From assembly GCA_035604955.1 (NCBI GenBank), contig DATNHM010000027.1:2202-66201 (forward strand): a stretch of DNA of 64,000 nt, in the 5' to 3' direction. The notes under the pieces were generated by a model. It did not search any database. It saw only the letters and a list, made by a program, of their open reading frames with translations, and was not told where the DNA came from. Shown one piece after another: positions 7,669 to 18,085 of the stretch. Position numbers and translations under genes: made by a program. How positions within the stretch are numbered: the first letter of the stretch is position 1; each line of letters begins with the position of its first letter. The stretch comes from Candidatus Limnocylindrales bacterium (GTDB taxonomy: Bacteria > Verrucomicrobiota > Verrucomicrobiia > Limisphaerales > UBA11358).

Positions 7669-9035
7669 TTTTCTTTTTGCTTTCGCGCAGCGGCCAGTTC
7701 CGCCCGCCATTTCTCGACGCGCTCCTTGATTTTCTTTTCCACGCCCTGTTCGGTCGGCTGGTAATAAATCTTGTCCGTGCCGAGATAATCCTGCGCCACA
7801 AAATGGCCCGGATGGTCATGGGCGTATTCGTAACCTTTGCCGTGGCCCAGCCGTTCCGCGCCTTTATAATGCGTGTCCCGCAAATGCTCCGGCACCGGCA
7901 GTGTGCGGCCGGACTTTACGTCCTCCAGCGCGGCGTCAATGGCCAGATACGCGCTGTTGCTCTTGTTGGCCGTGGCGATGTAAACCGTCGCCTCGGCCAG
8001 GGGAATGCGCGCCTCCGGCCAGCCGACAAATTCCGACGCCGACAACGCCGCGTTGGCCAGCACCAGGGCCATGGGATCGGCCAGGCCCACATCTTCGGCG
8101 GCGCAAATCACAATCCGCCGCGCGATGAAGCGCGGGTCTTCGCCGGCGTGAATCATCTTGGCCAGCCAGTACAGCGCGGCGTCCGGGTCGCTGCCGCGCA
8201 TGGATTTGATGAAGGCGGAAATGGTGTCGTAATGCGCGTCTTCGTCGTCATACACGACCGCCTTTTTCTGGATGCTTTGCTCGGCGGCGACAAGGTCAAT
8301 GTGGACAACACCCTTTTTGTCCGGCGCGGTGGTGAGCGCGGCGATTTCGAGCGCGTTCAGCGCCTTGCGCGCGTCGCCGTCGGCGATTTTGGCCAGGTGC
8401 CGCAGGGCGTTTTCGTCGGCCTGAATGTTCAGGTAACCGAGGCCGCGTTCAGCATCGGCCAGCGCGCGTTGCAGCAACGCGAACAATTCCGCTTCGCTCA
8501 ATGGGCGCAGTTCAAAGATTTGCGAGCGTGAGACCAGGGGTGAGTTGACAAAGAAGAACGGATTGTGCGTGGTGGCGCCGATGAGCCGGACCACGCCGCT
8601 TTCGACATCCGGCAGCAACACGTCCTGCTGGGCCTTGTTGAAACGATGGATTTCGTCAATGAACAGGATGGTCGGCTGGCCGGTGTTTTCGAGGCGGTTG
8701 GCGGCGGCGGCCAGGACCCGGCGCATGTCAGCCACATTGGATTCCACGCCGCTCAACCGTTCGAACTTGCTTTTGGTCTGAAGCGCGATGATTTGCGCCA
8801 GCGATGTCTTACCGGTGCCGGGCGGCCCGAAGAAAATCAGCGATTGGATGCGATCGGCCTCAATCGCGCGGCGGAGCAACTGGCCGGGAGCCAGAATGTG
8901 CGTCTGGCCGGCAAACTCATCAAGGTTGCGCGGTCGCATTCGCGCGGCGAGCGGCTGGTTTTTGGATACGTCCGGCCCGCCGGCGGCTTCCGGTCCGGGT
9001 TCCACCGGTCTTTGGAACAGATCGTCGAGCGGCAT
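7665..9035 (-). CDS. rarA: replication-associated recombination protein A (AAA+ ATPase)
   Basis: 456 aa. Walker A is GPPGTGKTSLA and Walker B is LFIDEIHRFNK. It also has the MgsA C-terminal domain (YEYAHD, GAERLGHGKGY). Confidence 0.93.
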   Translation of the reverse strand: MPLDDLFQRPVEPGPEAAGGPDVSKNQPLAARMRPRNLDEFAGQTHILAPGQLLRRAIEADRIQSLIFFGPPGTGKTSLAQIIALQTKSKFERLSGVESNVADMRRVLAAAANRLENTGQPTILFIDEIHRFNKAQQDVLLPDVESGVVRLIGATTHNPFFFVNSPLVSRSQIFELRPLSEAELFALLQRALADAERGLGYLNIQADENALRHLAKIADGDARKALNALEIAALTTAPDKKGVVHIDLVAAEQSIQKKAVVYDDEDAHYDTISAFIKSMRGSDPDAALYWLAKMIHAGEDPRFIARRIVICAAEDVGLADPMALVLANAALSASEFVGWPEARIPLAEATVYIATANKSNSAYLAIDAALEDVKSGRTLPVPEHLRDTHYKGAERLGHGKGYEYAHDHPGHFVAQDYLGTDKIYYQPTEQGVEKKIKERVEKWRAELAAARKQKEK

Positions 9036-9077
9036 GGATTGAAATTAACACCGGCGAAAGAATTGCCCAAAACAAAA

Positions 9078-9100
9078 AACCCGCCGTCGGGCGGGTTTTG
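9078..9100 (-). terminator. orphan intrinsic-terminator-like hairpin between divergent genes
   Basis: aacccgcc-gtcg-ggcgggtt (9078-9097). On the minus strand it is followed by ttttttgtttt. No upstream CDS is on that strand. Confidence 0.5.
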
Positions 9101-9425
9101 GTTCGGCAAAATAAAACCCCGCCCTTGCCGTGTGTAACTCTTCCTTTGAACATGTTTTGCAACATGTGGGACGGGCTGGACTGCTTTCGACTTCCAGCGA
9201 AGGCGTGTCGGCCGCAGCCCCGGCTTGGGTCCCGGGATCGTATTATTACGGTTCAAGGATTAGTTGCCTAATCACGAACAGGGCAGGGTAAATTCAACTT
9301 TTAATCAAAGAGCAATTCGCGTTTCTGACGGGTTCAATATCGCTTGAGTCGGGCATTTTCTCAAGAAAAATTCCTGTAAATATTTTGTTGCAACCGCGAA
9401 AACCGCTTGCAAACTCGTGCCGTTC

Positions 9426-10736
9426 ATGAACCGCTCTTTGCGCATCAGGCTGTTCGGCATGATGGTTCTGGAATTTTTCATCTGGGGCGCGTGGTTGCCG
9501 CTCATTTTCAGTTATCTGCCCGGCTTGAATTTTGCGCCGTTCCAGCAATCCTTGATTTTAAACGCCTTTCCGGTTGCGGCCATCATCGGCCTGTTCTTCA
9601 GCAACCAGTTCGCCGACCGGAATTTTGCCGCGGAAAAATTCATGTCCTTCAGCCATCTCGTGGGCGGACTCGCACTGCTCGGCCTGGCGATGACGAAGAC
9701 CTTCTGGCCATTCTTCGGCTTGATGCTGGCGTATTGCCTGCTTTACGTGCCGACGCTTTCGATTGCCAATCAGATTGCGTTCGCGCACTTGAAGGACGCC
9801 AGGGACTTCGGTTTTGTCCGCATGGGCGGCACCCTCGGTTGGATTCTGGCTGCCTGGCCGTTCACGTTTATTCTGGTGGACTGGGACAAGGTGCATGCCG
9901 CCCATCCGCACGGGATTGCCGGTTGGATCGGCATGGCATTGGCCAATGGATTGACCGGCCCCGCATTACGGAACGCGACCAAATGGACTTACGTCGTCGC
10001 TGGCATCGCATCCTTGTTGTTGGCGGCCTTCAGTCTGGTGTTGCCACATACGCCACCCAGGAAAGCGGGTGAAGGCGGCGCAGAAAAATTGGCCTGGGCC
10101 GAAGCGATGAAACTGCTGCGGCATCCGTTTGTGCTGGTGTTGTGGGTGGTCACATTTCTCGATGCCGTGGTGCACAATTGTTATTTCAATTGGGCGGGTT
10201 CGTTTCTGGGCGCGGGCAGGGATGCGGGTGGCGTCGGCATCCCCGGCAACTGGATCATGCCGGTGATGAGTGTCGGCCAGATTGCGGAGCTGCTCACGAT
10301 GTTTATCCTCGGCGCGACCTTGAGGCGCTTCGGCTACCGCGTGACCATGATCCTCGGCATTCTGGCGTATCCGGTGCGTTTTGCGGTCTGGGCATTTTTC
10401 CCGCAGAGCCCGACGCTGATCATTCTGGTGCAAATTCTCCACGGCATCTGCTACGCCTTTTTCTTCGCGGCCGTTTACATTTTTGCGGAGGAATATTTTC
10501 CCAAGGACGTGCGGGCCAGCGCGCAGGGACTTTTCAACGTCATGATTCTCGGCGTTGGCGTGCTGGTGGCCAACAGCATCTGTCCGCGGCTGGCGCAGGA
10601 AACGTTCCTGCGGAATGGTGCGACCGATTTCCATCATCTGTTCCTGGTGCCGCTGACGCTTGCCCTGATTTCGGCGGCTGCGCTCGCGCTTTTCTTCCGG
10701 CCCCCTCCGAGAAGAGAAAGCGAATCCAGCCCGTAA
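9426..10736 (+). CDS. MFS transporter, nucleoside:H+ symporter-like
   Basis: 12-TM pattern. The N-terminus RIRLFGMMVLEFFIWGAWLPLIF resembles the NupG/XapB/YegT family. The ATG at 9426 is preferred over the GTG at 9417. Confidence 0.75.
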   Translation: MNRSLRIRLFGMMVLEFFIWGAWLPLIFSYLPGLNFAPFQQSLILNAFPVAAIIGLFFSNQFADRNFAAEKFMSFSHLVGGLALLGLAMTKTFWPFFGLMLAYCLLYVPTLSIANQIAFAHLKDARDFGFVRMGGTLGWILAAWPFTFILVDWDKVHAAHPHGIAGWIGMALANGLTGPALRNATKWTYVVAGIASLLLAAFSLVLPHTPPRKAGEGGAEKLAWAEAMKLLRHPFVLVLWVVTFLDAVVHNCYFNWAGSFLGAGRDAGGVGIPGNWIMPVMSVGQIAELLTMFILGATLRRFGYRVTMILGILAYPVRFAVWAFFPQSPTLIILVQILHGICYAFFFAAVYIFAEEYFPKDVRASAQGLFNVMILGVGVLVANSICPRLAQETFLRNGATDFHHLFLVPLTLALISAAALALFFRPPPRRESESSP

Positions 10737-10743
10737 CGCCTTC

Positions 10744-13700
10744 CTAGTTACGACCGAGATGGTCCTGTAAAATCTGCAGAAGTTTTTGGGGTAGATACGG
10801 TTTTTGCAGAAAGTTGACGCCGTCAATCAAATTGAGACTTTTGCCAACCACCTCGCCGCTGTAACCGCTGGTATAGACGACCTTGAGTCCGGGTCGGGCG
10901 GTCTGCAATTGTTGGGCCAGTTCATAGCCGTTCATGCCGTCGGGCATTATGATATCGGTCAGCAAAAGTTGAATCCGGTCCTGATGTTCCTGCCAGACTT
11001 TCATGGCGGCCACGCCGGATTCCGCCGCCAGGACGGTGTAACCGCAACGCTGGAGCAGATTGGAGACCAGCAAGCGCACAGCCAGTTCATCTTCAACCAC
11101 CAAAATGGTGCCCGTGCCGTGGGGCAGCTTGGCGACGGCGAGGAGGGGGTCCTTTTCCAATCGCTCACCTTCCACGGCTGGGAAATAGATGTTAAAGGTG
11201 GTTCCTTTGTTGACTTCGCTTGATGCCGTGATCCAGCCGCGATGTTGCTGGACGATGCTGTAAACGGTCGCCAGTCCCAGCCCCGTGCCCTTGCCCACGG
11301 CCTTGGTGGTGAAAAACGGCTCGAAAATGCGCGGTAGGTTTTCCTTGGGAATGCCGCAACCAGTGTCTCTGACGGCAAGGCGAACGTGCGTCCCGGCGAC
11401 CGCGTCGTGATTTTTTTCCACCTGCGCCTTGGTAAATTCCTCCTTGCTGGTACTGATACTCAACTGTCCGCCGGTGGGCATCGCGTCGCGCGCGTTGACC
11501 AGGAGATTCATGAGCACCTGTTCGATCATGCCGGTGTCGGCGTGAATGAGGGCCAGCTCGGACACATAGTTGGTTTGCAGTACAATGTCCTCGCCCAAAA
11601 CGCGCCGCAGCATCTTGGTCATGTTGGCAACCACCTCGTTCAAGTCCACGTTAGCCGGCCGCATGACCTGCTTGCGGCTGAAAATGAGCAACTGGCGTGT
11701 CAGGCTGGCGGCGCGTTCGGCGGCCTGGACAATCTGGCGCGAACAACCGGACCTCTCCGCGGTGTCAAGTTGTGGATTCAACAGCAGGGAAGCATTGCCC
11801 TGGATGACGGTGAGAAGGTTGTTGAAATCATGCGCCACCCCGCCCGCGAGCTGGCCGACGGCTTCCATTTTCTGCGACTGCCGGAGTTGTTCCTCCAGGT
11901 GCCTGCGCTGGACCCGGTTTCGCAGGGTGGCAATACCGAAGGCCAGGTCGTCGGCGAGTTCCATCAACAATGCTGTTTCCGACGGGTTGAAGGCATCGGC
12001 CTGTGAAGAGAAAACCGATAAAACGCCAAATATTTTGTCATCCGCTTTGAGTGGCAGGCCGATGCTGGAGCTGAAACCATGACGCAACGCCTCTTCCCGC
12101 CAGGGCGCAAAGTCGGGGTTCTCTGCCAGATTCGCGAAAGTGGTCGGTCGGCCGGTGCGGATGGCCGTACCGGTTGGGCCGCGGCCGCGTTCCGTGTCCG
12201 CCCAGGAGATTTGCAGATTTTCAAGATAGCCGGCTCCTGCCCCGGCCCAAGCAACGGGACGCACGGATTTGGATTCGTCCTGCCCCGAATAGCCCACCCA
12301 GGCCAATCGAAATCCGCCAATCTCCGTTATGATTTGACAAATCTTCGTCAGCAGCGTGGTTTCGTCGGTGGCCCGCACGACCACCTCGTTACATTTGCTG
12401 AGAGTCTCGAGCGACCGGTTAAGTCGGTGCAATTCCTCCTCTGCCTGCTTGCGTTCGGTGATGTCGCGCCCGATTCCCACCAGACCCTGAATCCGTCCCT
12501 GGCTGTCCCGGAACGGCACCTTGGTTGTCAGGTGGATACATTTCTGGCCAGCGGGGCTGACGCCTTTGCCCTCATGGTCAATGAGCGGTTCGCCGTTGAG
12601 GACCTCCAATTCCGCCGCCCGGAACGCGGCGGCCGCTTCGTTGGGGTAAAAGTCCGCGTCCGTCCGGCCAACGATTTGGGAGGGGCTCTCCTTTCCGAAG
12701 TGTTTGGCGAGTGCCTCGTTGGCAATCAGGAACCGGCTGTCCCGGTCCTTGACGTAAAAAGTTTCCGGCAGCAGATCAATCAACGTGCGGAGCAATTGGC
12801 GTTCGTTGGCAATGGCTTCCGCCACCTGTCTGCGCTCGGTGATGTCCTGGCAGAAGCAAATGGAAAGGCTGCTTTCCGTCATGACCGCGCGCAGTGAAAC
12901 CCAGATCGATTTTCCATCCCGCCGCTTGAAACGGTATTCACCCTCAACATGCTTCTCGGTTGCCAGGATCTGATACGCCTGGCGCACTTTCTCAAGGTCT
13001 TCGGCGGGATGTAAATCCTTGATGGACGTGCCCAACAAAGTCGCAGCGTCATAGCCCAACAAATTGACGGCGGCGGGATTGCAGTCCACCAGGCAGCCTT
13101 TTTCATCGGCCACGAACACCGCCAATGGTGCGTTTTCGACATAAGAGCGGAATTTGGCTTCACTTTCTCGCAAAGCGCTTTCGCTTTTCTTCAAATCGGT
13201 GATGTCGGTGTTGATGCCGAAAATCTGCCAGCGGTTCTCTCCCAGCTTATGGATGGTGATGAATTCCTGCATCCAGTGCTCAATCCCGTGCTTATCCGTG
13301 CAACGAAACTCATTTCGATAAAACGGTTTGTCATGGAGTAATGCCTCCCGGGTAACCTTGTGCATTTCATTAAAATCCTCCGGGTTGCGGCTCTCACTCC
13401 AGACCTGCTGATAGGTCTTGTCCGGCGGCACGTCCAACGGAAACACCTCCTGCGCCGCCTCTTCATTCAGCACGGGAAAGTTCCAGTGGAAGATCGTCAG
13501 CTCATTCATGACCCGTTCGCGCCAGCCTTCGGGCGCCTCCACTTCTCCGCAATTGAGGATGCAACGCGTGCTCCGCATCACTTCCCGCAGCCGCTCCTGA
13601 CTTTGTTTCAAAGCCTCTTCCGCCCGCTTCGTGTGGGAGATGTCACGGAAACTCCAAATCCTTCCGTAACACTTTCCATCCTTACCGACCACAGGCGCGG

Positions 13701-14247
13701 AATACCGGTCCAAAACGGTTCCGTCTTTCAATTCAACTTCATCCCGGCTGATTTCGTTGGGATGCGAGTAAAGGTAAACGACTTTTTCGACAAACTTTTC
13801 CGGGTTTTTGGTCTGGTTCATGACGAACTGGACCTGCTTTTCGTCATCATGATTATTGGCGATGTCCTGTGGAATTTTCCACAGGTCGATCGTGCGCTGA
13901 TTTTGGATGACCTTTTTTCCGTGATTATCCACGACCAGAATCGCTTCGATGGAGGAATTGAGCTGGGCTTCCAGCAGTGCGGTTTTTTCCAGCAACCCTT
14001 CCTCTGCCTGCCGGCGTTCCACGGCTTCCTCGGCCGTGCGCCGCAACTGGCTTCGCAACAGGAAGTAAAGCGCCAGGGCCGTGGTGGCCACGAATGTCCA
14101 ACCCTTGTAGATTTCCAGCCGGTTGCGGAGGGCCGGATCGGGAACCAGGGCGAACAACACCCGGCCCGAAAGCAGTATCCAGGCGCTCCCAATTACGGCG
14201 TAAACCAAACAGGTGCGCAGCGCTACTTTGGCTGGTCTATTTTTCAT
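10744..14247 (-). CDS. hybrid sensor histidine kinase (TM, multiple PAS, GAF, HisKA, HATPase, C-terminal REC)
   Basis: 1167 aa. H-box is [15 protein letters not shown]-boxes are DTGCGI and GTGLGLATV, and the receiver is ILVVEDE...[14 protein letters not shown]...LQKPY. Confidence 0.92.
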   Translation of the reverse strand: MKNRPAKVALRTCLVYAVIGSAWILLSGRVLFALVPDPALRNRLEIYKGWTFVATTALALYFLLRSQLRRTAEEAVERRQAEEGLLEKTALLEAQLNSSIEAILVVDNHGKKVIQNQRTIDLWKIPQDIANNHDDEKQVQFVMNQTKNPEKFVEKVVYLYSHPNEISRDEVELKDGTVLDRYSAPVVGKDGKCYGRIWSFRDISHTKRAEEALKQSQERLREVMRSTRCILNCGEVEAPEGWRERVMNELTIFHWNFPVLNEEAAQEVFPLDVPPDKTYQQVWSESRNPEDFNEMHKVTREALLHDKPFYRNEFRCTDKHGIEHWMQEFITIHKLGENRWQIFGINTDITDLKKSESALRESEAKFRSYVENAPLAVFVADEKGCLVDCNPAAVNLLGYDAATLLGTSIKDLHPAEDLEKVRQAYQILATEKHVEGEYRFKRRDGKSIWVSLRAVMTESSLSICFCQDITERRQVAEAIANERQLLRTLIDLLPETFYVKDRDSRFLIANEALAKHFGKESPSQIVGRTDADFYPNEAAAAFRAAELEVLNGEPLIDHEGKGVSPAGQKCIHLTTKVPFRDSQGRIQGLVGIGRDITERKQAEEELHRLNRSLETLSKCNEVVVRATDETTLLTKICQIITEIGGFRLAWVGYSGQDESKSVRPVAWAGAGAGYLENLQISWADTERGRGPTGTAIRTGRPTTFANLAENPDFAPWREEALRHGFSSSIGLPLKADDKIFGVLSVFSSQADAFNPSETALLMELADDLAFGIATLRNRVQRRHLEEQLRQSQKMEAVGQLAGGVAHDFNNLLTVIQGNASLLLNPQLDTAERSGCSRQIVQAAERAASLTRQLLIFSRKQVMRPANVDLNEVVANMTKMLRRVLGEDIVLQTNYVSELALIHADTGMIEQVLMNLLVNARDAMPTGGQLSISTSKEEFTKAQVEKNHDAVAGTHVRLAVRDTGCGIPKENLPRIFEPFFTTKAVGKGTGLGLATVYSIVQQHRGWITASSEVNKGTTFNIYFPAVEGERLEKDPLLAVAKLPHGTGTILVVEDELAVRLLVSNLLQRCGYTVLAAESGVAAMKVWQEHQDRIQLLLTDIIMPDGMNGYELAQQLQTARPGLKVVYTSGYSGEVVGKSLNLIDGVNFLQKPYLPQKLLQILQDHLGRN

Positions 14248-14510
14248 CCAGATTGTGGCAATTCAACCGTACCTCGCGCCTTGATTTGCCGTTAAACCAA
14301 TGTTGCGATTTTGAAATCAATTTTTGTTGTTATTCCAATTCACGCCTCTGCTTGTGTCATTATGGCTATGCCACTCCATCAGCAGGATTTCTGCCGTTTC
14401 CGGGAAAACGACCGGCTCCGTCCATCAGCATCCCCATGACAACAAACGGATGAACTTCCAACTCGCTTTGCCCCGGCCATTGGCATAATTTGCCCGTCTG
14501 ATTATTTGCC

Positions 14511-17321
14511 ATGACGACAACCGCTCCCATTCGTCCGAGCAGCCGGATCCGGCAGGACTTTCTCGACTTCTTCAAGTCGAAGCAACACACCATCGTACCG
14601 TCTTCGAGCCTTCTACCCGATTCGCCGAACCTCCTGTTCACGAATGCCGGCATGAACCAGTTCGTGCCCATCTTCCTCGGCCAAGCCCAATGTCCCTATA
14701 AACCCGGTCGGGCCGCCGACACCCAGAAATGCATCCGCGCCGGCGGCAAACACAATGACCTCGAAGATGTCGGCCTTGACACCTATCACCACACGTTCTT
14801 CGAGATGCTCGGCAACTGGAGTTTTGGCGATTATTTCAAAACGGAAGCGATCGACTGGGCGTGGGAATTGATTACTGAAGTCTGGAAATTTCCGCCCGAA
14901 CGTCTTTACGCGACGATCTATAATCCTGACAAGTCCCAAGGCGACCCTTCCGAGCGCGACGAAGAGGCCTGGAACTGTTGGGCCGACAAATTCCGCGCTG
15001 CCGGACTTGATCCCGCCGTCCACATTGTCTATGGCGGCAAGCAGGACAATTTCTGGATGATGGGCGACACGGGTCCATGCGGCCCGTGCTCCGAGCTGCA
15101 CGTGGACCTCACGCCGGGCGGCAACACCAACGGCAGTCTGGTGAACAAGGGCGACGCCCGTTGCATCGAAATCTGGAACCTCGTTTTCATCCAGTTCAAT
15201 GCGAACCCCGACGGCACGTTCAGCCCGCTGCCGGCCCGGCACGTGGACACCGGCATGGGCTTCGAACGTGTCACTTCCATCATCCAGGGCACGAAGAATT
15301 TCAAGGATTTCGCCAACGCAAAAATCTCGAACTACGAGACCGACATCTTCCGTCCGATTTTTGACGCGCTGGAGAAATTGAGCGGGAAAAAATATGGCAG
15401 CACACTCCCGCCGGTTGATCTCTCAACGCTCAGTCCCCAGCACACGATTGACATCGCTTTCCGGGTCATCGCCGATCATATCCGCACGCTCGGTTTTGCG
15501 ATTGCCGACGGCATCCAGCCGTCGAACGAAGGGCGCGGTTATGTCCTGCGGCGTATCCTGCGCCGCGCCGTGCGCTACAGCCGTGCACTCGGTTTCAAGG
15601 GGCCGTTCTTCTACAAACTCGTGACCGTGCTCGCCGATACGATGGGCGATGTCTTTCCCGAAATCCGCGCCCGGAAGAAACACATCCAGGAAATCATCCG
15701 CGTTGAGGAGGAAATGTTCAATAAGACGCTGGACCGGGGCATTGAGCTCTTTGCTGAAGAGGCCCGGCGGGTTTCCACGAACGTCGTCGAGTTCCCTGTG
15801 CCCAAAGGTGGTCCAATTGTTGAGATCACCGATTTTGGCAGCAAGGTGATCGCGGGTGAATTTGCCTTCAAACTCTACGACACCTACGGTTTTCCACTCG
15901 ACCTCACCGAATTGATGGCCCGCGAACGCGGCATGACGGTGGACCGGGATGTTTTTGAAAAGTTGATGGAAGAGCAGCGTACCCGCGCCCGGGCAGCGCA
16001 AAAGAAGGAAGTCATTTCGCTTTCAAAATTGGAAACCGCCACGCCGACAAAGTTTGTCGGCTACGACCAGCTTGTGGTGGAGGCCAGGGTTTTGGAGGTG
16101 GTGTCGCTTAAAAACAAAACCGCCATCGTCCTTGACACCAGCGCTTGCTACGCCGAAATGGGCGGCCAGGTCGGCGACACCGGTGAAATTGTAGACGCGA
16201 ATGTCAATTCGCGGGCTTCCGCGCTTTCACAAGCGCGGCTACGCGTCACGAACACACAGAAGTCCGGGAATACGTGGCTGCACTTTGTCGAAGGCGGCGA
16301 CCCGCCGGCGACCGGCTCCAGCATAACGCTCGCTGTTGACAAGCACCGCCGGAATGCCATAGAGCGCCACCACACCGTCACGCATTTGCTGCACTGGGCG
16401 TTGCATGAGGTAGTGAGCCGCGAGGCGTCGCAGAAAGGCTCTTTCGTCGGGCCGGACAAACTGACCTTCGATTTCAACAGCGTACCGCTCACGCCGCAGC
16501 AGGTGGCCGACATAGAGAAACTCGTCAACGAGCGCATCCTCGAAAACGCCGGCGTTAGCTGGACGGAAGTTCCCTACGCCGAGGTGAAATCGCGCAAGGA
16601 CGTAATGCAATTCTTTGGCGACAAATATGGCGACGCCGTCCGTGTCGTCCAAGTCGGCGGCCGGCCAAAAAAGCTGGATGGTTATTCGATGGAACTATGC
16701 GGCGGCACGCATACACGGGCCACGGGCGAGATTGGGTTGTTCCGCATCATCGGTGAGGGCGCGATTGCCGCCGGTGTTCGGCGCATTGAAGCGGTTGCCG
16801 GGCTGGAAGCTTATCGCCGGGCCACCGACGAAGTCACGCTCATCCAATCACTCTCGGACAAGGTCAATTCACCGGTGCACGAGTTGGAAAAGAAGATCGA
16901 GGCGCTGCTCGAACACCAGAAAATGGTTGAAAAGCAACTCAAGTCGGCGCAACAACGCGAAGCCTCAAATGCCGCCAGCCGTTTGCTGGAGGAGGTTCAC
17001 CAGGTAAACGAAATACCGGTCATTCTCCACAACCTCGGCGCGGTGGACGGCGACTTCCTCCAGGCCGTCGCCGATTCATTGAAGGAGCGTTTCAAGGGAG
17101 TGATTGTTCTTGGTGGCGGTGAGCAGCCTGGAAGCGTGGCGCTCGTTGCCGCGGTCACACCTGATTACATTTGGAAGATTCAGGCCGGCAAAATCGTTCA
17201 GCAGATCGCGCCAATTGTCGGCGGCAAGGGGGGCGGCAAACCGGACAACGCACGCGGGGGCGGCAAAGATGCCAGCAAACTGGACGAGGCGCTGGCCATG
17301 GTCAAAACATTGTTGCATTGA
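14511..17321 (+). CDS. alaS: alanine--tRNA ligase
   Basis: 936 aa. Motifs seen: FTNAGMNQF, FFEMLGNWSFGDYFK, the HxxxH editing site HTVTHLLHWAL, and CGGTH. Confidence 0.97.
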   Translation: MTTTAPIRPSSRIRQDFLDFFKSKQHTIVPSSSLLPDSPNLLFTNAGMNQFVPIFLGQAQCPYKPGRAADTQKCIRAGGKHNDLEDVGLDTYHHTFFEMLGNWSFGDYFKTEAIDWAWELITEVWKFPPERLYATIYNPDKSQGDPSERDEEAWNCWADKFRAAGLDPAVHIVYGGKQDNFWMMGDTGPCGPCSELHVDLTPGGNTNGSLVNKGDARCIEIWNLVFIQFNANPDGTFSPLPARHVDTGMGFERVTSIIQGTKNFKDFANAKISNYETDIFRPIFDALEKLSGKKYGSTLPPVDLSTLSPQHTIDIAFRVIADHIRTLGFAIADGIQPSNEGRGYVLRRILRRAVRYSRALGFKGPFFYKLVTVLADTMGDVFPEIRARKKHIQEIIRVEEEMFNKTLDRGIELFAEEARRVSTNVVEFPVPKGGPIVEITDFGSKVIAGEFAFKLYDTYGFPLDLTELMARERGMTVDRDVFEKLMEEQRTRARAAQKKEVISLSKLETATPTKFVGYDQLVVEARVLEVVSLKNKTAIVLDTSACYAEMGGQVGDTGEIVDANVNSRASALSQARLRVTNTQKSGNTWLHFVEGGDPPATGSSITLAVDKHRRNAIERHHTVTHLLHWALHEVVSREASQKGSFVGPDKLTFDFNSVPLTPQQVADIEKLVNERILENAGVSWTEVPYAEVKSRKDVMQFFGDKYGDAVRVVQVGGRPKKLDGYSMELCGGTHTRATGEIGLFRIIGEGAIAAGVRRIEAVAGLEAYRRATDEVTLIQSLSDKVNSPVHELEKKIEALLEHQKMVEKQLKSAQQREASNAASRLLEEVHQVNEIPVILHNLGAVDGDFLQAVADSLKERFKGVIVLGGGEQPGSVALVAAVTPDYIWKIQAGKIVQQIAPIVGGKGGGKPDNARGGGKDASKLDEALAMVKTLLH

Positions 17322-17500
17322 AGGTCAAACCCGCTGTTTTATGCGTCTTTGGAGCCTTTGCGCCTGCCTTTTACCGATGTTGCCAAAAGTTGGCATTCTC
17401 CAGTTAACAGTACATTATTCTGTTGATTATAAGTTACTTATGAAAACTTTTTTCTTTTTCCCTGTTGCCGAATAATCCCTCCCCGTAAAATTCAGCCGGT

Positions 17501-18043
17501 ATGAAACACAATCGGGGGCCAAATAGGGCCCCAAATGGCAATATCGAATTAAGGCAGATGCAGTTAAAGGACCTGCCTCCTGTTTTTCGACTGGGACAAA
17601 GACTTTTCACAGCAGAAGACCTGCCCACGTTGTATCGCAGTTGGGATGAGCACGAGATTCTGGAATTGTTTCGTTCGGACGAAGAAACCTGCCTGGTGGC
17701 TGAGGACGATGAAAAAATCATCGGTTTTGCATTGGGCTGCATGATGGATAAACCGCGCAGCGCCTGGCGATATGGCTGGCTGGAATGGCTGGGAGTGGCG
17801 CCGCGTTACAAGCGGCACGGCATCGCCCGGCGGTTGCTGAACCAATTGACGCAATTGTTCATTGATCGCGAAGCGCGCATCATGCTGGTGGACACCGATG
17901 AGGACAATGCCGACGCGCTGGCCTTCCTGCGCCAGACCGGCTTCGGCCAGGAAACGCGGCATGTGTATCTGTCACGAAATCTGGACGAACATCCCAGAAG
18001 TCTCGAACGCAGGAACGGACACCGGAACGGCAAAGTTCACTGA
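17501..18043 (+). CDS. GNAT family N-acetyltransferase
   Basis: The acetyl-CoA motif region LGVAPRYKRHGIARRLLNQL is typical of GNAT motif A. Confidence 0.8.
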   Translation: MKHNRGPNRAPNGNIELRQMQLKDLPPVFRLGQRLFTAEDLPTLYRSWDEHEILELFRSDEETCLVAEDDEKIIGFALGCMMDKPRSAWRYGWLEWLGVAPRYKRHGIARRLLNQLTQLFIDREARIMLVDTDEDNADALAFLRQTGFGQETRHVYLSRNLDEHPRSLERRNGHRNGKVH

Positions 18044-18058
18044 ATTGGCAGCGTACTT

Positions 18059-18085
18059 GCCGACAAATTAATTTGTCATGTCGGC
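18059..18085. repeat. palindrome spanning convergent stop codons (bidirectional terminator-like)
   Basis: gacaaattaatttgtc (18062-18077) is a perfect 16-nt palindrome. An alternative outer pairing is gccgaca (18059-18065) with tgtcggc (18079-18085). Confidence 0.6.

Noticed and set aside
9101-9262. 6S RNA, suggested by linkage to 5-formyl-THF cyclo-ligase
   Set aside because: I could not pair the 5' and 3' ends into the long interrupted rod with a central bubble that defines 6S RNA. The region folds into several short independent hairpins. I kept it only as a generic sRNA or leader candidate.
15770-15850. Extra roughly 20 residues in AlaRS (VEFPVPKGGPIVEITDFGSKV) as another repeat insertion
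   Set aside because: The DNA shows only a weak, bulged 4+5-bp complementarity and no 7-nt periodicity. It may be a lineage-specific loop. I do not claim it.
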